64,000 nucleotides of DNA, taken from positions 60,884,001 to 60,948,000 of the forward strand of contig OX597825.1 of assembly GCA_951406725.2 (NCBI GenBank), read 5' to 3'. The notes under the pieces are model-generated. The model was given only the letters and a program-made list of their open reading frames with translations. It made no database searches and was not told where the DNA came from. Positions within the stretch are counted from its first letter, which is position 1; each line of letters opens with the position of its first letter. A program made the translations under genes and the position numbers. Positions 25,200 to 40,254 of this stretch are shown piece by piece. This stretch comes from Octopus vulgaris. Lineage: Eukaryota.

Positions 25200-25285
25200 C
25201 AATATAATATATTTATCCTCTAAAAATTATCTGAAGAAGAAATTAAACTCTTGGAAAATGGATTGAAATTAACATCCACTCACGA
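25200..25285 (+). pseudogene. Penelope-like ORF N-terminal fragment
   Basis: NIIYLSSK/LSEEEIKLLENGLKLTST resembles the PLE motif VINLS...L...E..LL.KGL.F.PT. Confidence 0.45.
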
Positions 25286-25949
25286 ACCAGCTTTTGTAAA
25301 ATCATAAACATCTAACAATTAAAGTAGAAAATTTATCAGTAAAGCCATTTCTAATCATGTTTTCAAATACTGTACTAAGGATTTTCAATTTCTTATTCTA
25401 ATGCGTGTGAGAGTGTGTGTGTGTGTGTGTGTGTAATATAAGTAATATATAAACATATTCATATATATATACATATATGTACGTACCTATATCTATATGT
25501 ATATATACATGCATATATGGGTACAGGACATCAAAACAAAAAAACGTTGAACACAATGAGAAACGAAAACATAAAAACAAAAGCATGGAAACGAACTTTT
25601 TTTGAAACAACGAAAAAACAGAGTACAAGACATACAACACAAGCAATATTCCCCTTCTTCAGTTGTCCCTATTTTGTCTACTCCGCGTTATGAAGGTAAG
25701 GACAAGACACGACTCCATTGAAACAATCCTTCCCGCAAAGTAAATTAAATTAAATTAAATCCACTAAAGTGGATTCCTGTACGCGAGAGATAGGCGATTT
25801 GACGTCTATCTCTAGCGAATAGGAATCCACTTTAGTGGTCATTCCGTTTATTAATTGTAATATAATTTTTAAATCTTCGGATTTTTTGAATATGCTAGAC
25901 CACTGGTTTTGACTGATGTTAATTGATCGATATCAATTTCTACCCTCAT

Positions 25950-25983
<34 letters not shown>

Positions 25984-26704
25984 TAGATAGATAGATACAT
26001 ACATACATACCGTGAAGCTTTACTATAGCGTTGTATATTATCGAGTGCTATTTCCAGTAAATATTGGCTCATTGTTGTACCACTATCTTATATATATATA
26101 TATACACGTTTATTTATATTTATATTTAAATGTTGATATAAGTATTCATAGCAAGTGGGTAAAAAGAAAGAGAATGAAAGAAAGAAAGAAGGAAAGAAAG
26201 AAAGAACGAAATCGAATGAGAGACTCGACTAGCTTTTCACAAGTTTCTCTAACAAATTTGTCATCGTCCTTTTAAGCAGAAAGGTCTACACCTATCACAT
26301 TACGTTTTCACATCTAATCGATAATGGTTTCCGAAAGCTGAGATATCCAAAGTTATCATTGCTGTCAGTTTTACAATTACTATTCATAGCTCGCAAACAC
26401 AAAGCGATCTCGTCGTGTACCAGTCATCATAGTTTAAGTTTCGGCTACAAGATGTGGTCTCTTTATCCGACATTTTATGCCGACAGTGAAATATAGTACT
26501 CGCCTCTGTTCTTTCATACATAATGGTATCTATCTATCTATCTATCTGTCTATCTGTATGTCTCTCTTAATAAAGAGGTAGCCAGGTTGGTAAGTACACA
26601 CATACACACTTACGCACGTACATGCAGGCACGCGTACATGTTGCCATCTATGCCAGAACACTCGTCTGAACGCCAAAGCGTTAACAGAGCGAGAACAGTG
26701 AAGA

Positions 26705-26751
<47 letters not shown>

Positions 26752-27125
26752 TGTATATGTATGTATATATGTGTATATATGTATACACACATTTATATAT
26801 ATATATATAATTGTATTTACACATATGTGTTCATATTTATATACACACTCACACATACATATATAGATACATAGATAAATAGATAGAGAGAGAGAGAAAG
26901 GGAGAGAAACGAAGCGAGAGAGAGAGAGAGAGAGAGAGAGATGTACAAAGCAGGAGAATGAGAGTGAACGCGAGACAGAAATGAATGAATGCAACGTAAA
27001 TTTTAATGATATATGTACCAAACAATTTTGTAATACCTTATTCCCACACGCATGCGCATGCAGTTCACACTCACAGTCACGCATTTCCTTGTAAAAGTAA
27101 ATAAATATGTGCTCTTCTAAATATT

Positions 27126-27310
27126 CATTTCTACTCTAGGCACAAGGCTCGAAATTGTCGGGGAGGGTGCCAGTCGATTAAATCGACCTCAGAACGTAAC
27201 TGGTACATAATTTATCGACCCCGAAAGGATGAAAGGCAAAGTCGATCTCGGCGGAATTTGAACTTAGAACATAAAGACAGACGAAATACCGCAAAGCACT
27301 TCATCCGGTA
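27126..27310 (-). mobile_element. SINE family A, 5'-truncated with TSD
   Basis: CTCTTCTAAATATT flanks both sides. Confidence 0.8.
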
Positions 27311-29208
27311 CTCTTCTAAATATTATCGTAGAAATGAAAATATACAATGAAAATTAATATGACATGAGGGTGATTGAACATAATCTTCTGATTGACCAGC
27401 ATCAATGTTGCGTTGCCGCAATGAAGCTTCCGCAATAATCTAAAATATATTACTTACAACCACATCTATGAGATTAATCAAATACCCCAATAGGATGACA
27501 ATGATTTTTAACTTAACATAACATGTATATGGTTTTTAACACAGCGAGACGTTTATTCGCTTAGACATACCTCTCTTGCATGCTACAAAATGTTCAATAA
27601 GAATTCTATTAAGATAAGTTACTGTTGTTTAAGAAACTTTAAAATAGCTAGGAACACTTCGTAATATAAATGTACTTACACAACTTTCTTAAAATTTCTC
27701 TGAAAATCATAGCTACCTGAAAATGCGCTCGTGTTTAGAGAAAATGTTTAGAAACTGATTATGCGGGCAAATCATACATCGGTCTAACCGAACACTCATT
27801 TAAATTTCGTTACATGTTGATTCAAACGCAGTGATAAACATACTTTTACTGCATTGTCAAAGTTTGTTTGGTGTCTGGAAGATCGAGAAATTAAAAGTTC
27901 TAGTCATTTAGTATACAGGCAAAGGAAAAAATATAATGACAGAGCAATAAATTTAATATGTATGCAACTGAAATGTGTACTCTACTACCTAATATCTTAA
28001 ACAGCAGTGAAGTGGTTTGCTCTTCCTTTTCACAAACAAAATATAAGTTGCAAACCTTCAAGTACATCTTTATTCATATTTTAGTTACAGTCCTCTTTCA
28101 TTATTTCTATATTCTCAGACCCCTATCGCCAGCGCTCTTTTGCTAACCACTCCAGTCCACTTGAAGTACTTTGCTTACATACGAGTGGAAAATTTTGTGA
28201 AATAACTTTGCTGCATCCTCCCAAATTTTGCTTTGTTAGTTTTAGTTTCGTATAGAAAATAGTTTTGAAGTAACACATGATATTATTCTGTGTTATTTAT
28301 TTATTATTATTTTGCTGAAATATTAGAGTACTTTTTCTATTTAGGTATGTTAGCTCTTTCACAAGAAAGTGTTTACTACCCCGGGAATAATTGATGCTTT
28401 TGTTTCCTAATGAATGTCATATATTCAAAAGATGTGAAAGTATTTAAAATTATCGGAGGAATCAGAGAATACGAATCTGGTAGCAAAAACAAGAATTCAA
28501 ATCGTGAGCGTAGAATCACAAAAGTAGTACCTAGTAATAGAAAGTATGCTATTATTTACTTAATTTCTGAAACTTCCAGGGCAATTACGGAATAAGTATC
28601 TCCAGAGTTTCCTTAATTAATCCAAAACCTATATTAAGGCTTCTCTCTGAGAAACCCCAAATATTAAAGGAAAATAAACATGGAGATAGAAAGCAATTTC
28701 CTGAGTGTTTTAGAGATAGTAAAATTCATTTTCTCAGATATTATAAATTCCGGAAGAAACAAGATCTCCTTCCTTCGTTACTAGTTATCACAGATATTAG
28801 AGAACAATAAATCAATCAATCCCGGATTCCCTACAACTGACAAGATAATGTGCACGCAGTGATGTAATGGTGCGGACATATTTTCATTACGCAATTAATT
28901 AGAAAACTCATTCTCTTCAATAAATATATTACTGCGTCTTGTTATGGAAGAACAAATTTTATAGGTTTCAGCTTTGGATTGTAACATAGAAATATAGTCA
29001 TTCACATCGCCCCAAGTACATACTTCTGCCTGGGAAATATTCTATTAATCAGTATTGTACTGGTTGGAAACACAACATCCACGCCAGTTTAAAATATGGC
29101 ATCATGGATTACAAGAAATTGTATCATTCCTTCAGACAGATCAAAAGTTTGTTTTTTTTTGAAGTTATAGAGTTTGCAATCATTCTGTTTTTGGATTTTA
29201 TAAGAAAA

Positions 29209-29721
29209 CTAGCAGTATCGCGCGGCGTTGCTCGGGTTTGTAAGGGAAATAACTATATAAGCGTTTTTAGAGAGTTACTTCCCTTATAGATGCCAATTCG
29301 GGCTTTCTTAGCCATTTCTGTTTTGGTGTCTTCAAGCCATGAAGTCGTTGTTCTAAAAGAACGCTGGTCTCCTTGACAACGCTTTACGACGTTGATTTCC
29401 TTACACTCCCTTCCCCACAGCTTCACGAGGGAGGGAAGAAGGGGGAGAAGCAAACAGGTGCAGGTGTGACCATGGACGCCAACTCCGCCGCCATCGACAC
29501 ACGAAAAATTATGCATTAAAATGGAATAAAAAATGATGTTAAATTATTTTTAAAATCGTAGACTCATCGTAGACGCTCGGTAATACTCAGACGGGCTCGA
29601 TATAAATCACGACTATAAGATACCCGAATTTGGTTAAACTGCACCGCAAAATGTGGGAGTAGTTAGGAATCTAAATCGAAGGGGACAGACACTCACACAA
29701 CTACAGTTTTGTATATATCGA
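29209..29721 (-). mobile_element. Non-autonomous Helitron
   Basis: 5' TC, subterminal GC-rich hairpin, 3' CTAG, inserted between A and T. Homologous to the copies at 32989 and 62717. Confidence 0.8.
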
Positions 29722-30157
29722 TACAATAATTTTTTCTTGTCAGGAACAAAAAAAAGGTTTAATAGGACTGCAATAGAAGTGCTCTATTGGAAGAGACAAA
29801 AATATCAAATTAAAATCATTGAACAAGCAAATACAAAGTCAACCGCATGTCATTTCATAATTCGAACATTTAATTATGGAATAAACATATAACCCGCAAG
29901 ATGGAACAAAATTCATATGTACAGCACGTAATACACCCCTGAAATGGGCATAGGGATAAGTAAACATTTCCTTCTTATATATAAGGCTTATTTTACCTGA
30001 TTAAGATTTCTAAACGATGAACATTATTTTACTTTATTTACACGATATATATATATATATATACAGTATATTTTTTATATGCTCCTATATGTATATATAT
30101 TTATATATGTTTTATATATTTTTATATGCCAGTTTTATATATATAGATATATACATA

Positions 30158-30533
30158 TACTCTTTTACTCTCTTACTTGTTTCAGTCATTTGAGTGTGGT
30201 CATGCTGGAGCGCCGTCTTTAGTCGAGCAAATAGACCCCAGGACTTATTCTTTGTAAACCTAGTACTTATTCTATCAGTCTCTTTTGCGAACCGCTAAGT
30301 TACGGGGACGTAAACACACCAGCATCGGTTGTCAAGCAATGTTGGGGGGACAAACACAGACACACAAACATATACACACACACATACATTTATATATATA
30401 CATATATACGACGGGCTTCTTTCAATTTCCGTCTACCAAATCCACTCACAAGGCTTTGGTGCCACAGTGGGACTGAACCCGGAACCATGTGGCTGGTAAG
30501 CAAGCTACTACAACACAGCCACTACTACGCCTA
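30158..30533 (-). mobile_element. SINE family B
   Basis: Homology to the other family B copies. Confidence 0.85.
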
Positions 30534-32399
30534 TACAAAACTACATATAAATGTAGTTTTGTGGGCAGGCATGTTTTTATAAAATATCGAAGAAAAATTG
30601 TCAGTAAATTGCATTTACTAGTTATTCCATGCTTAAAAACTAGTTTTATAGATACATCTTTCAAAATTCCTAGTTTGTTTTTTTCACACATTCACTTGTG
30701 TAGTTTGACTTATGTAAAACGTTAGAGAAAGACACCTAGCTGCTTTTTTGTTGTTGTTTTTTTTTTTGCAATAACTACATACAAAACAAAATTCATTCAT
30801 GGACATTTAGAATACTACCGAGCATCTCCAATTTTTCTATTTTGCTTAAAACGCCTCTCAGTGGTCATGTAACCCTAGGCTGAGAACTACCGGCTTCGAT
30901 GATACATTTTTGAAAGGTTTATAGAGTCGTTGGACGTCTACAAAAACTAAATATGCACCTACATACATACATACATACATACATACATACAAACACTTAT
31001 ATTTATACATATATAAAGAGGTGTGTGTGTCTATGTATGTATGTAATTACATATGTACACATGCATATATATATATCTATGTATGCGTGTATATATATAT
31101 ATATTTATATATATAAGAACATTAGCCGTCTACTATAATAATCGAATAAATTAACTCATATATATATATGTATGTAAGTTGTATGTAAGTATGTATGTAT
31201 GTATCTATGTATGTATGTATATATATATAAGCACATTAGCCGTCTACCATAGTAATCTAATAAATTAACTCATATATTTATGGAAATCCAATGAGACGTG
31301 AGAGTGTTCTGTTCAAAGAATGCTACTTATTTGAAGTCTTCGTGTAGTTACAGAAAGTAGAGCGGTTCAGAGGTGAAAAGAATTGTGAAGAATATACTCT
31401 GTTTTTGTTATTGTTCTTCGTTCTTCGTTTTTGCCCGAAGGTATGGCACTATGTGTAAATTATTACTGAGAAATATGGTTCCAATATGGAACAGTAGTTC
31501 TCAGCAGGGCTGAACCGGGAACAGGTTAGACGACTACTGTGCTAAGAGTCTCATATATTAACATATTGATGGACTGCCATATCTTCAGGCGATAAAAGAA
31601 TAAGAGCCAAATATTAGAATATTCTGTAGAATTTTACTCACCTCTGAACTTAACTACTTTTTATAACCACACAGTGACTACAAACAAACAATATTATTTG
31701 AACTGAATATCCCTATTGGTTATCTGATTTCCATAAGAATGCAAATAGATTTCTAATATAAATTTAAAAGTTTAAAATACTAAATTATACTGGTGTTATC
31801 TAATATTTTGAAACGCGTTTAAAATTGAAGTGAATAACCATAAACTAAACAAACTGTACAGTAATTCATTATTTGTTTGCTGTATTCAAATTTATCTATC
31901 GAATTTCTGAAACAATTAATCTTTGAAAGCAAAACAAAAAGCAAAAAACAAAAAGTTATATATATATACATATATATATTTTATGCTGCATGCATATACT
32001 TTTATGTATCTAAGGAAACACACACACACACACAAACACATAATAACGATTATGTATATATAAATATATATTTGTATGTGTGTACGGATGTATGTATGTA
32101 CGTTTCTATTATGTATGCATATGCGTATGTATGTATGTATGTATGTATGTATGTATGTATGTATGTATGTATGTGTGTATGTATGTATGGTTGTATGTAT
32201 GTATGTATGTGTGTATGTATGTATGGTTGTATGTATTATGTATGTATGCATGTATGTATGTATGTATGTATGTATGTATGTATGTGTGTATGTATGTATG
32301 GTTGTATGTATTATGTATGTATGTATGTATGTATGAATCGACAGGTTTGGAATGGGAGAAGGCATTTATTATTGGTACATAATAATAATAATAAATACC

Positions 32400-32632
32400 T
32401 AGCGGCGAGCTGGCAGAAACGTTAGCACGCCGGGCGAAATGCTTAGCGGTATTTTGTCTGCGTTACGTTGTGAGTTCAAATTCCGCCGAGGTCGACTTTG
32501 CCTTTCATCCTTTCGGGGTCGATAAGTTAAGTATCAGTTACGCACTGGGGTCGATGTAATCGACTTAATACCTATGTCTGTCCTTGATTGTCCCCTCTGT
32601 GTTTAGCCCCTTGTGGGTAATAAAGAAACAGG
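32400..32632 (+). mobile_element. SINE family A
   Basis: Full head, core and tail homologous to the other family A copies. Confidence 0.88.
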
Positions 32633-32988
32633 TATTTATAATTGGTACATTTTTCTTCGATGAATACCCTCTGGATATGAAACCTTAAGTAAGCTAAGAG
32701 TATAATCATCAGTTATATTATTCCTCTCCCAGAGCAGCGGGTTTCCTAGTTTGAAGCTTCATTGCAACAGTTATCACATACATTACTAAATATATGTGTG
32801 TATGTGTGTATGTGTGTGCTTGCCTGTGCATGCGTGCGTGTGTGTGTACCTGTGCGTATGTGTATATGTGTTTGATATTCCCAGCTGGTTTAATGACCAC
32901 GTGAATCTCCATCATAGTTAAATATACGTTCATACGTTATATGTGAGTACATCCCTGTAAGTGCATTATGTGTGTGTCATGTGGTATA

Positions 32989-33380
32989 TCTTTATATATA
33001 AAAGTGAGGTTGTGTGCTGTCTGTCTCCTACGATTTAGATTCCTAACTATTCCCACGTTTTGCGGTGCAGTTTAACCAAAACCGGGTATCTTATAGTCGT
33101 GATTCATATCGAGCCCTTCTGGGTATTAGCGCGCGTCTACGATGAGTCTACGATTTAAAAAAAAATTACTATCAATTTTTCCCATTTTTAATGCATTTTT
33201 TGCATATATAAGGGAAGTAACTCTCTAAAAATTTATTATTAAATCTCAGAACATAAAAAGCTACAGTAACCCCCCTTTGTGGTTAGCCATATTGAGATGG
33301 CTATTATACTTTACATCTCTAAAAATGCTTATATAGTTATTTCCGTTACAAACCCGAGCAACGCCGGCCGATACTGCTAG
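32989..33380 (+). mobile_element. Non-autonomous Helitron
   Basis: A|TCTTTATATATAAAAG...CCCGAGCAACGCCGGCCGATACTGCTAG|T. Confidence 0.85.
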
Positions 33381-33469
33381 TGATGATATATAACTCAATA
33401 CATCAAACCTAATTTCCCTTTGAAGTAGTTTATTTAAACGTCTATGCTCTAGTAATTGTTGCTAATTTA

Positions 33470-34260
33470 GGACCAGTAGTTTCGAAGAGAAGGAATTAAT
33501 TGATGCTGTCGACCTCAGTACTTAACTGGTACTTTGTTTTATCGACTAATAAAAGATGAAGAATATACTGACACCGGTGGGATTTGAACTAGGCTGTAAA
33601 GGCCCGAAACATATACGACATAATCTGTTTTTCCGATAAACTAAGAAAAAATTGCCTTCTTTAATTTTAATTTACACTTAAGGCCAGCAATAATCAATAG
33701 GAAAATAATCGACAGCACTGACCCCGTACCAAGACTGGTATTTAATTTATCAACCACGAAAGGATGAATGCAAAATCCCACCGAGGTAGAATTTGAACTC
33801 GGAACGTAAAGAGCTGGAGCATATATCGGTTTCAAATGTTGGCAGTAATTTCAGGGCAGGGGTAAGTCGATTAAATCGACCCCAGTGCTCGACTGCTACT
33901 TATTTTATCGACCGTGAAAGGATCATAAGCAAAATCGACAGCGGGGGAATTCGAACTCAGAACCTGAATGCCGCTAAGCACTTTTCCTGCTGTACTAATG
34001 GTTTTACCGGCTCGCCAGAATATACATCGCAAAACATTTTTTCCCGATGATCAAGTGATTCTGCCTATTGGTAATTTTGCTTATAATTTAGACACAAGGA
34101 TAATCGATACTTAAATTAGTACTTAATACTATCACTTCCAAAGAATAAAAGGCAAAGTTGACACCGACACGATTTGAACTCAGAATGTTAAAAAAGGCCG
34201 GAAAAAATACTGCAAAGCAATTTTTTTCTCGCGTTCTATAGGTTCCGCAAGCTAGCTCCA
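33470..34260 (-). mobile_element. Cluster of about four degenerate SINE family A copies
   Basis: Repeated TTTATCGAC...GATGAA...ATTTGAACTC blocks. Confidence 0.65.
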
Positions 34261-34663
34261 TTCTCAATTCAGAATATATTTCTTTCCCAGATGAATCTAT
34301 CAAATGTCACATTAATCAAGACAACTTGTTTTATTCAAGACAATGAATAACAAAATTTATTTTCAAAATAAACCTAAACACATTCTTAGAAGAACTACGA
34401 GGCCTGAACATCTTTACCATTATTGATGTAAATCAACTTCAATCCAAACCAATTTAAGCTTTCGCTTCGTATTGAAGATTTTTCTTTTAACATTTATATT
34501 CGTTTCACTTTATCTTTTTTTTAATGCTTGTCTTTTCTTTAAATTTTCCAAGAATGTATTGTTTCTTCAAAAGAACTAATTTAACAGACTTTCAAAGGCT
34601 TTGTATTGCTTTTATTCCTTTCTTCATAACATATGTTTGTGCGCATAGACATGTATGTGTCTT

Positions 34664-34747
<84 letters not shown>

Positions 34748-34968
34748 CGATTATGTATTTGTGATTTTTGTGCAATGTGGGCATTGTGTGCGTATGAAGC
34801 TGGAAGCAGCTGTATATTTCTATTTTCATTTACATATCTTCATGTATATACACACGTACATAAAAAGAGATACATATGCGTGTTTATGTATTTATGCTTG
34901 TCTATATTGTATATGTATGTAAATACGATAAATAGATGTATGTATGCATGTATATATGTGTGTGTATG

Positions 34969-35014
<46 letters not shown>

Positions 35015-35721
35015 TTATAAAACACTTGCAACAAAATATCTTCAAAAGAGATAAACAAGGCCTCTTAGCCAAGTTGGAAACTATATATATTTAAACGCTA
35101 TTATCTGCATTATCCTGCTGCCCTGGAGCCGAGTCCAGGAAGACGATGTCTATCGGAGTATACTCTGACACAAAATCAAATTGTGGTGATCCGCTTCAAA
35201 GTGTTGTTATTCTAGATTATTCGGAAGTCCTCTGCAGCTAAGAGAAGGTTAAAAATAATTCTGTGTTACACTTACCATTGAATTTATCTTCATCGCAATG
35301 ATAATAGTATTATTAAGGATGGCACACCATCAAGGTCACAATAGATTTTATAACTCAAATATCTTTTCATGTAACGTGATTCAGGTGTCTTGGATTTCAA
35401 GGGTGGTCATTGTTGCTGCGGCCAAATGCGTGACGATAAAATTCTGCTACTTTCCGAGCTTCTTCGTGAGTGAAAGAACTCCGGCATGTTTAACATTGGT
35501 AATATCAGTTACGATTTCTTTCTGTTCATATGGCTGCCACCGGTTATTAAGGGATACAGTCATCATAGGATTAACAGAGTTATAGATAAATATTTTAATT
35601 TACAGAACATTTCCAAGCAAAGTATTGATCTCATTTGTTAACTGGAGGACCAAAATAGTCAACGCATGATTCAAGTTATTGATTAGGAGTATTCAAAATA
35701 AAACGCAGATGAGCATAATTT

Positions 35722-36080
35722 ATCTTTTACTTGTTCTACTCATTGAACTACCGCAATAATGGCCTGTTGCCTTGGAGGATTTAGTCAAACAAATCGACCA
35801 CGATAGTTATTTTTTGTAAGCGTGGTACTTAATCCATCGATAATATGCGGAACTTCTGAGTTTCAGGGACCTATACAAACCGTCATCCGTTGTCAATCGG
35901 TGAAAGAGGACGAACACAAGCACAAAGAAACACTCTCACATGCACACATTGCGTTGGCGGGTTCCTTTCAGTTTCCATCTACCAAGCTCACTGACAAGGT
36001 TTTGGTCAGTTTGGTGCTACAGCAGAAGACAGTTGCTCAAGGTGCCAACACTGCGGTTGAGAAGCAAACTTCTTACCAGA
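35722..36080 (-). mobile_element. SINE family B, degenerate
   Basis: CAAATCGACC and TTTCAGTTTCCATCTACCAA blocks. Confidence 0.6.
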
Positions 36081-36243
36081 CATCAACACCAAATTATTCG
36101 AATATATGTATTAACAATTTAAATGTATATATATATATAGGCAAGGAAAAATTATAAAAAGGCAGAATGCTAAATTGAAAGAAAATTTTAATGAAAATGG
36201 GTGTATGGAAAATTTTAAAAAATTAAAAAAAGATATATATATT

Positions 36244-36285
36244 AATTCAAACCGGTTTTCGTCGGAATGCGACTTTTCAAGAATT
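36244..36285 (-). ncRNA. Minimal hammerhead variant, U3-A8 core
   Basis: Minus strand reads AATTC-TTGAAAA-GTCG-CATTC-CGAC-GAAA-A-CCGG-T-TT-GAATT. All three stems pair. Confidence 0.7.
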
Positions 36286-36632
36286 GTAAGGTGAAAATAA
36301 TTTTTTTTTTATAATTGAGGAGGGGGAAAAAAGAAAATTACATTATTTTTTGCAAAAAAAATAATAAACATATACAAAAATTAAAAAATAGGTACACCGA
36401 TACATTGTAACGTCTTTGTGTATCTCGAGTTCAATGAGAGTTCTTGAAAAAAAATACCTTGGAGGATTGAGATCCATATGATTAAATCCATGTGGTGTTA
36501 TCTTCCATACACCCACTTTCATTAAAATTTACCTTCAATTTAGCATTCTGGCTTTTTATCATTTTTCCTTGCCTATCATTTCTCCACGTACGGTCAACAC
36601 AACCCCACCATTTATTGATTTATATATATATA

Positions 36633-36704
<72 letters not shown>

Positions 36705-38348
36705 GAGAGAGAGAAAGCAATAAGAAAATGGAGGTGATCAATGGGTGGTTCATCAACTTTTAGATATTATATTGTGTCAACTTATTTATGTATTTACTAA
36801 AATGACAATTACAAGAACATACATACATGCATAACATATTATGCTTTACATATAAAATATATTGATATATAAAGATACCAGTAATTATTAATATATAACA
36901 TACAGGAATATATATATGATTTGAAATGACTTACTATCATCTCCTAATGTTGACATCAATAGTATCCAACTTGCAGAGACAACACTATAACATATCAATG
37001 CCGTTTTATGGCATTTTATAAATGTTATCTTTTCTTTGATGTCAGTATGAACTCGTGAATGGCTTACGAAATTATTGAATTAGAATTATAAAATTTACAT
37101 TTTACTACATAGCATTTCAAGAGTTAAAAGGAAGATTCTATCAAGATGATGGCTTTTTAATCAAAAATATACTACTAATTAACAAGTTGATAGTTTTCGA
37201 AAATTGTTTATTAAATTCAAATCCTGATATTTACTGTTTTTAGTAGAAATCCTAAAATGATCAAGTTTTATATATCAACTAAAACGTTGTCACATGCAAA
37301 TGTTGTCTTTATTGAAAACCAGTTTCACTATTACAGTAAAAATGTTATGAAATCGAAGCGCTTGCTAGTCATGTTAAGCACTACTTTGAAATATATTGGT
37401 AGCTGTTTGTTCATCATGTCATATTACTAATATTATTTCAAAAGTTTTATCAATTAATAAAATAATACCTTAAGAAATAATAGTTTTTAAGAGAATATTT
37501 ATTACACAACAAATAACCATGAGAGCGCCTACAGATGTGAGATCTGCAAGTGCGTTTTAAGTCAAATTAATACACTTTTATAGCCAAAAGCTTTCTTTTA
37601 CTATTGATGGATATATATTTTTCCCAAATACTGAGTACAGGAAAATCTTCAGCGGAAATTTTAAGTCCCCTGAGAATTACATTAAACTTTAACAAGCATC
37701 AACGGCAAAAAAAAAAGACTAACCTTGGGAATTTTTAAGAAGACAACGCGTAATTGCATTAATGTTATAAGCCTTTTAAATAGAATTTTTTAGCTTGTCC
37801 ATTATGTTCTTCGTAATGGTGACCCAGATAATGATCTCCATCCGTTAAAATTTATACAAGACTAACGATGAATACTTTCAAACTAAGACCTAACCAACGT
37901 AAAGAAAACCCCCAGCAGGTAAAGATTTTCCTGGCTTTCTAAGTCACTACCTTTGCCATTTTGCTTTCTTTTTTGGTAGCATTAGCGTAGGTAGTGTAGC
38001 TATACTGTTTTAAAATTCAGTATTTGCATTCACTTAAATCTTTAATGCATATATTATAACAATAAGGTAAATTTTCAGATATCTGAAAATTATCTGAATA
38101 TCTGCAGCACTTAAAAACATTGAAGCGCTGACTAGTCTGTTTCTCAGAAAACGATTGAGATCAATGAACTGCTTTTAAATATTTCTATAAAAATAGAGGT
38201 GTTTATTTAGAAATTGTATATAGCCTGACGAATATATGACGAATATACAAAAAAAAAACTTTGAGTAACGAGTATAAAGTTTCGTTTGAAATAATGTTAT
38301 CTTGTATTTCCTACACATACACTCGCACAACCATACTGACACTCTCAC

Positions 38349-38426
<78 letters not shown>

Positions 38427-39135
38427 TTATCTATCTACCTATTTGTACGGATGTTTGCATGTATACGTAGCTACATGCATGTATATGTGTGCGTATTTAT
38501 TTATTTATTGAACTTCATTATCACTACCTATGCGTGTATACCTGTGTGTGTACCTGTGCTTATTATTTCCAACATTTGGTGAGATTACAGAAGAGATTAT
38601 TTTCTCTATGTGAGGCTTCATAGTCTTGAGTTATATACTGAACATCAAGTAAATGGACATCCTCAATGAGGTTCTGATCCGCACATGTATCCAAAACAAA
38701 TTTTATTCTGGATAACTGCAGACATTACCTAATTCAAATTATTACTTTGCCGAGGCTGTATACAGAAAATCTCTGCATTTCTAAGAGGTAACTAGATTAG
38801 TGTTTTATAAATTTAAATGTGAGTGTGTGCCTGTGTATATCCATATGTTTATGTGTAGGTCTGCGTGCGCTTAGCAACTTCTATGATGAAGCTAACCAGT
38901 GTTCTGCAAAGTTAACTGGGTTAGCATCGCGGATTTGACTATCAGTTCTGTTCAGAGGAGAATGGTTTTGTTTTCAGCTTGCTACGGATTCATATTTTCC
39001 TTCAAATTGCATTGGTTGTTGTTTTAGAATCACAACATCACAACTTATGTTGATTTTAATGCTAAGTTTAGAACTTTTGTTTGCGAGTTTAGTTTTGCTG
39101 TAATTAGGGTTAGGGTTAACTCAATGATAATGATA

Positions 39136-39361
39136 ATCCTTTCTACCATAGGCACAAGGCCTGCAATTTTTTTGAGGGAGCGGGGGAAGCACTAGATGAT
39201 TACATCGACCCCAGTGTTTCACTGGTATTTAATATATCGATCCCGAAAGGATGAAAGGTAAAGCTGACCTCGGCGGAATTTGTTCTTAGAACATGAAAAC
39301 GGATGAAAAGCCGCTAAGTATTTAGCCGGGTGTGCTAACAATTTTGCAAGCTTGCCGCCTT
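39136..39361 (-). mobile_element. SINE family A
   Basis: Homology to the other family A copies. Confidence 0.8.
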
Positions 39362-39385
39362 CTTAACAACAACAACAACAACAAC

Positions 39386-39438
<53 letters not shown>

Positions 39439-39652
39439 GTGATTAAATATATATATAAAAAAATCTCTCTGTACATTTTGTGTTAGAATTTAGAACTAGG
39501 TGGTTCAATAGATGTAATATTATATTTATATTTGCTGTATTGAATACTGCAACTGCGTTCTGTGTAAATAAAGCAAAATGTATCTAGAGTCCTACTTGTT
39601 ATCTGTGTAAAAGTTATCAACAAAAATCAACGAGATATATATATAAGTATAC

Positions 39653-39685
<33 letters not shown>

Positions 39686-40027
39686 TGTATTATGTATGCA
39701 TGTATGTGTGTGTGTACGCACTTATTCCACTCCTTTGTGTATATTTCCATATGTAAGTACACATACACGCATGCACACACACACATTTACATACGTGTAC
39801 GTGTGTATGTGTGTATAATTGGAATACATGCGCCCGATACATATATAGATATTTATGTATAAATAGAGAGAGAGGGAGAGAGTCAGAGAAAGAGAGAGAG
39901 AGAGAGTGAGAAGACAGCCCAAAACTGTCCGATTGAATGCTAGATAAATAGATACATAGATACGTAAATATGCACAGATTTCCATGCTTATGCGGGGGGT
40001 GATTATGTGGGTATGTGTAAATGTTAA

Positions 40028-40254
<227 letters not shown>

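Noticed and set aside
39104-39120. TTAGGG repeats as an interstitial telomere
   Set aside because: Only about two units, too short to support.
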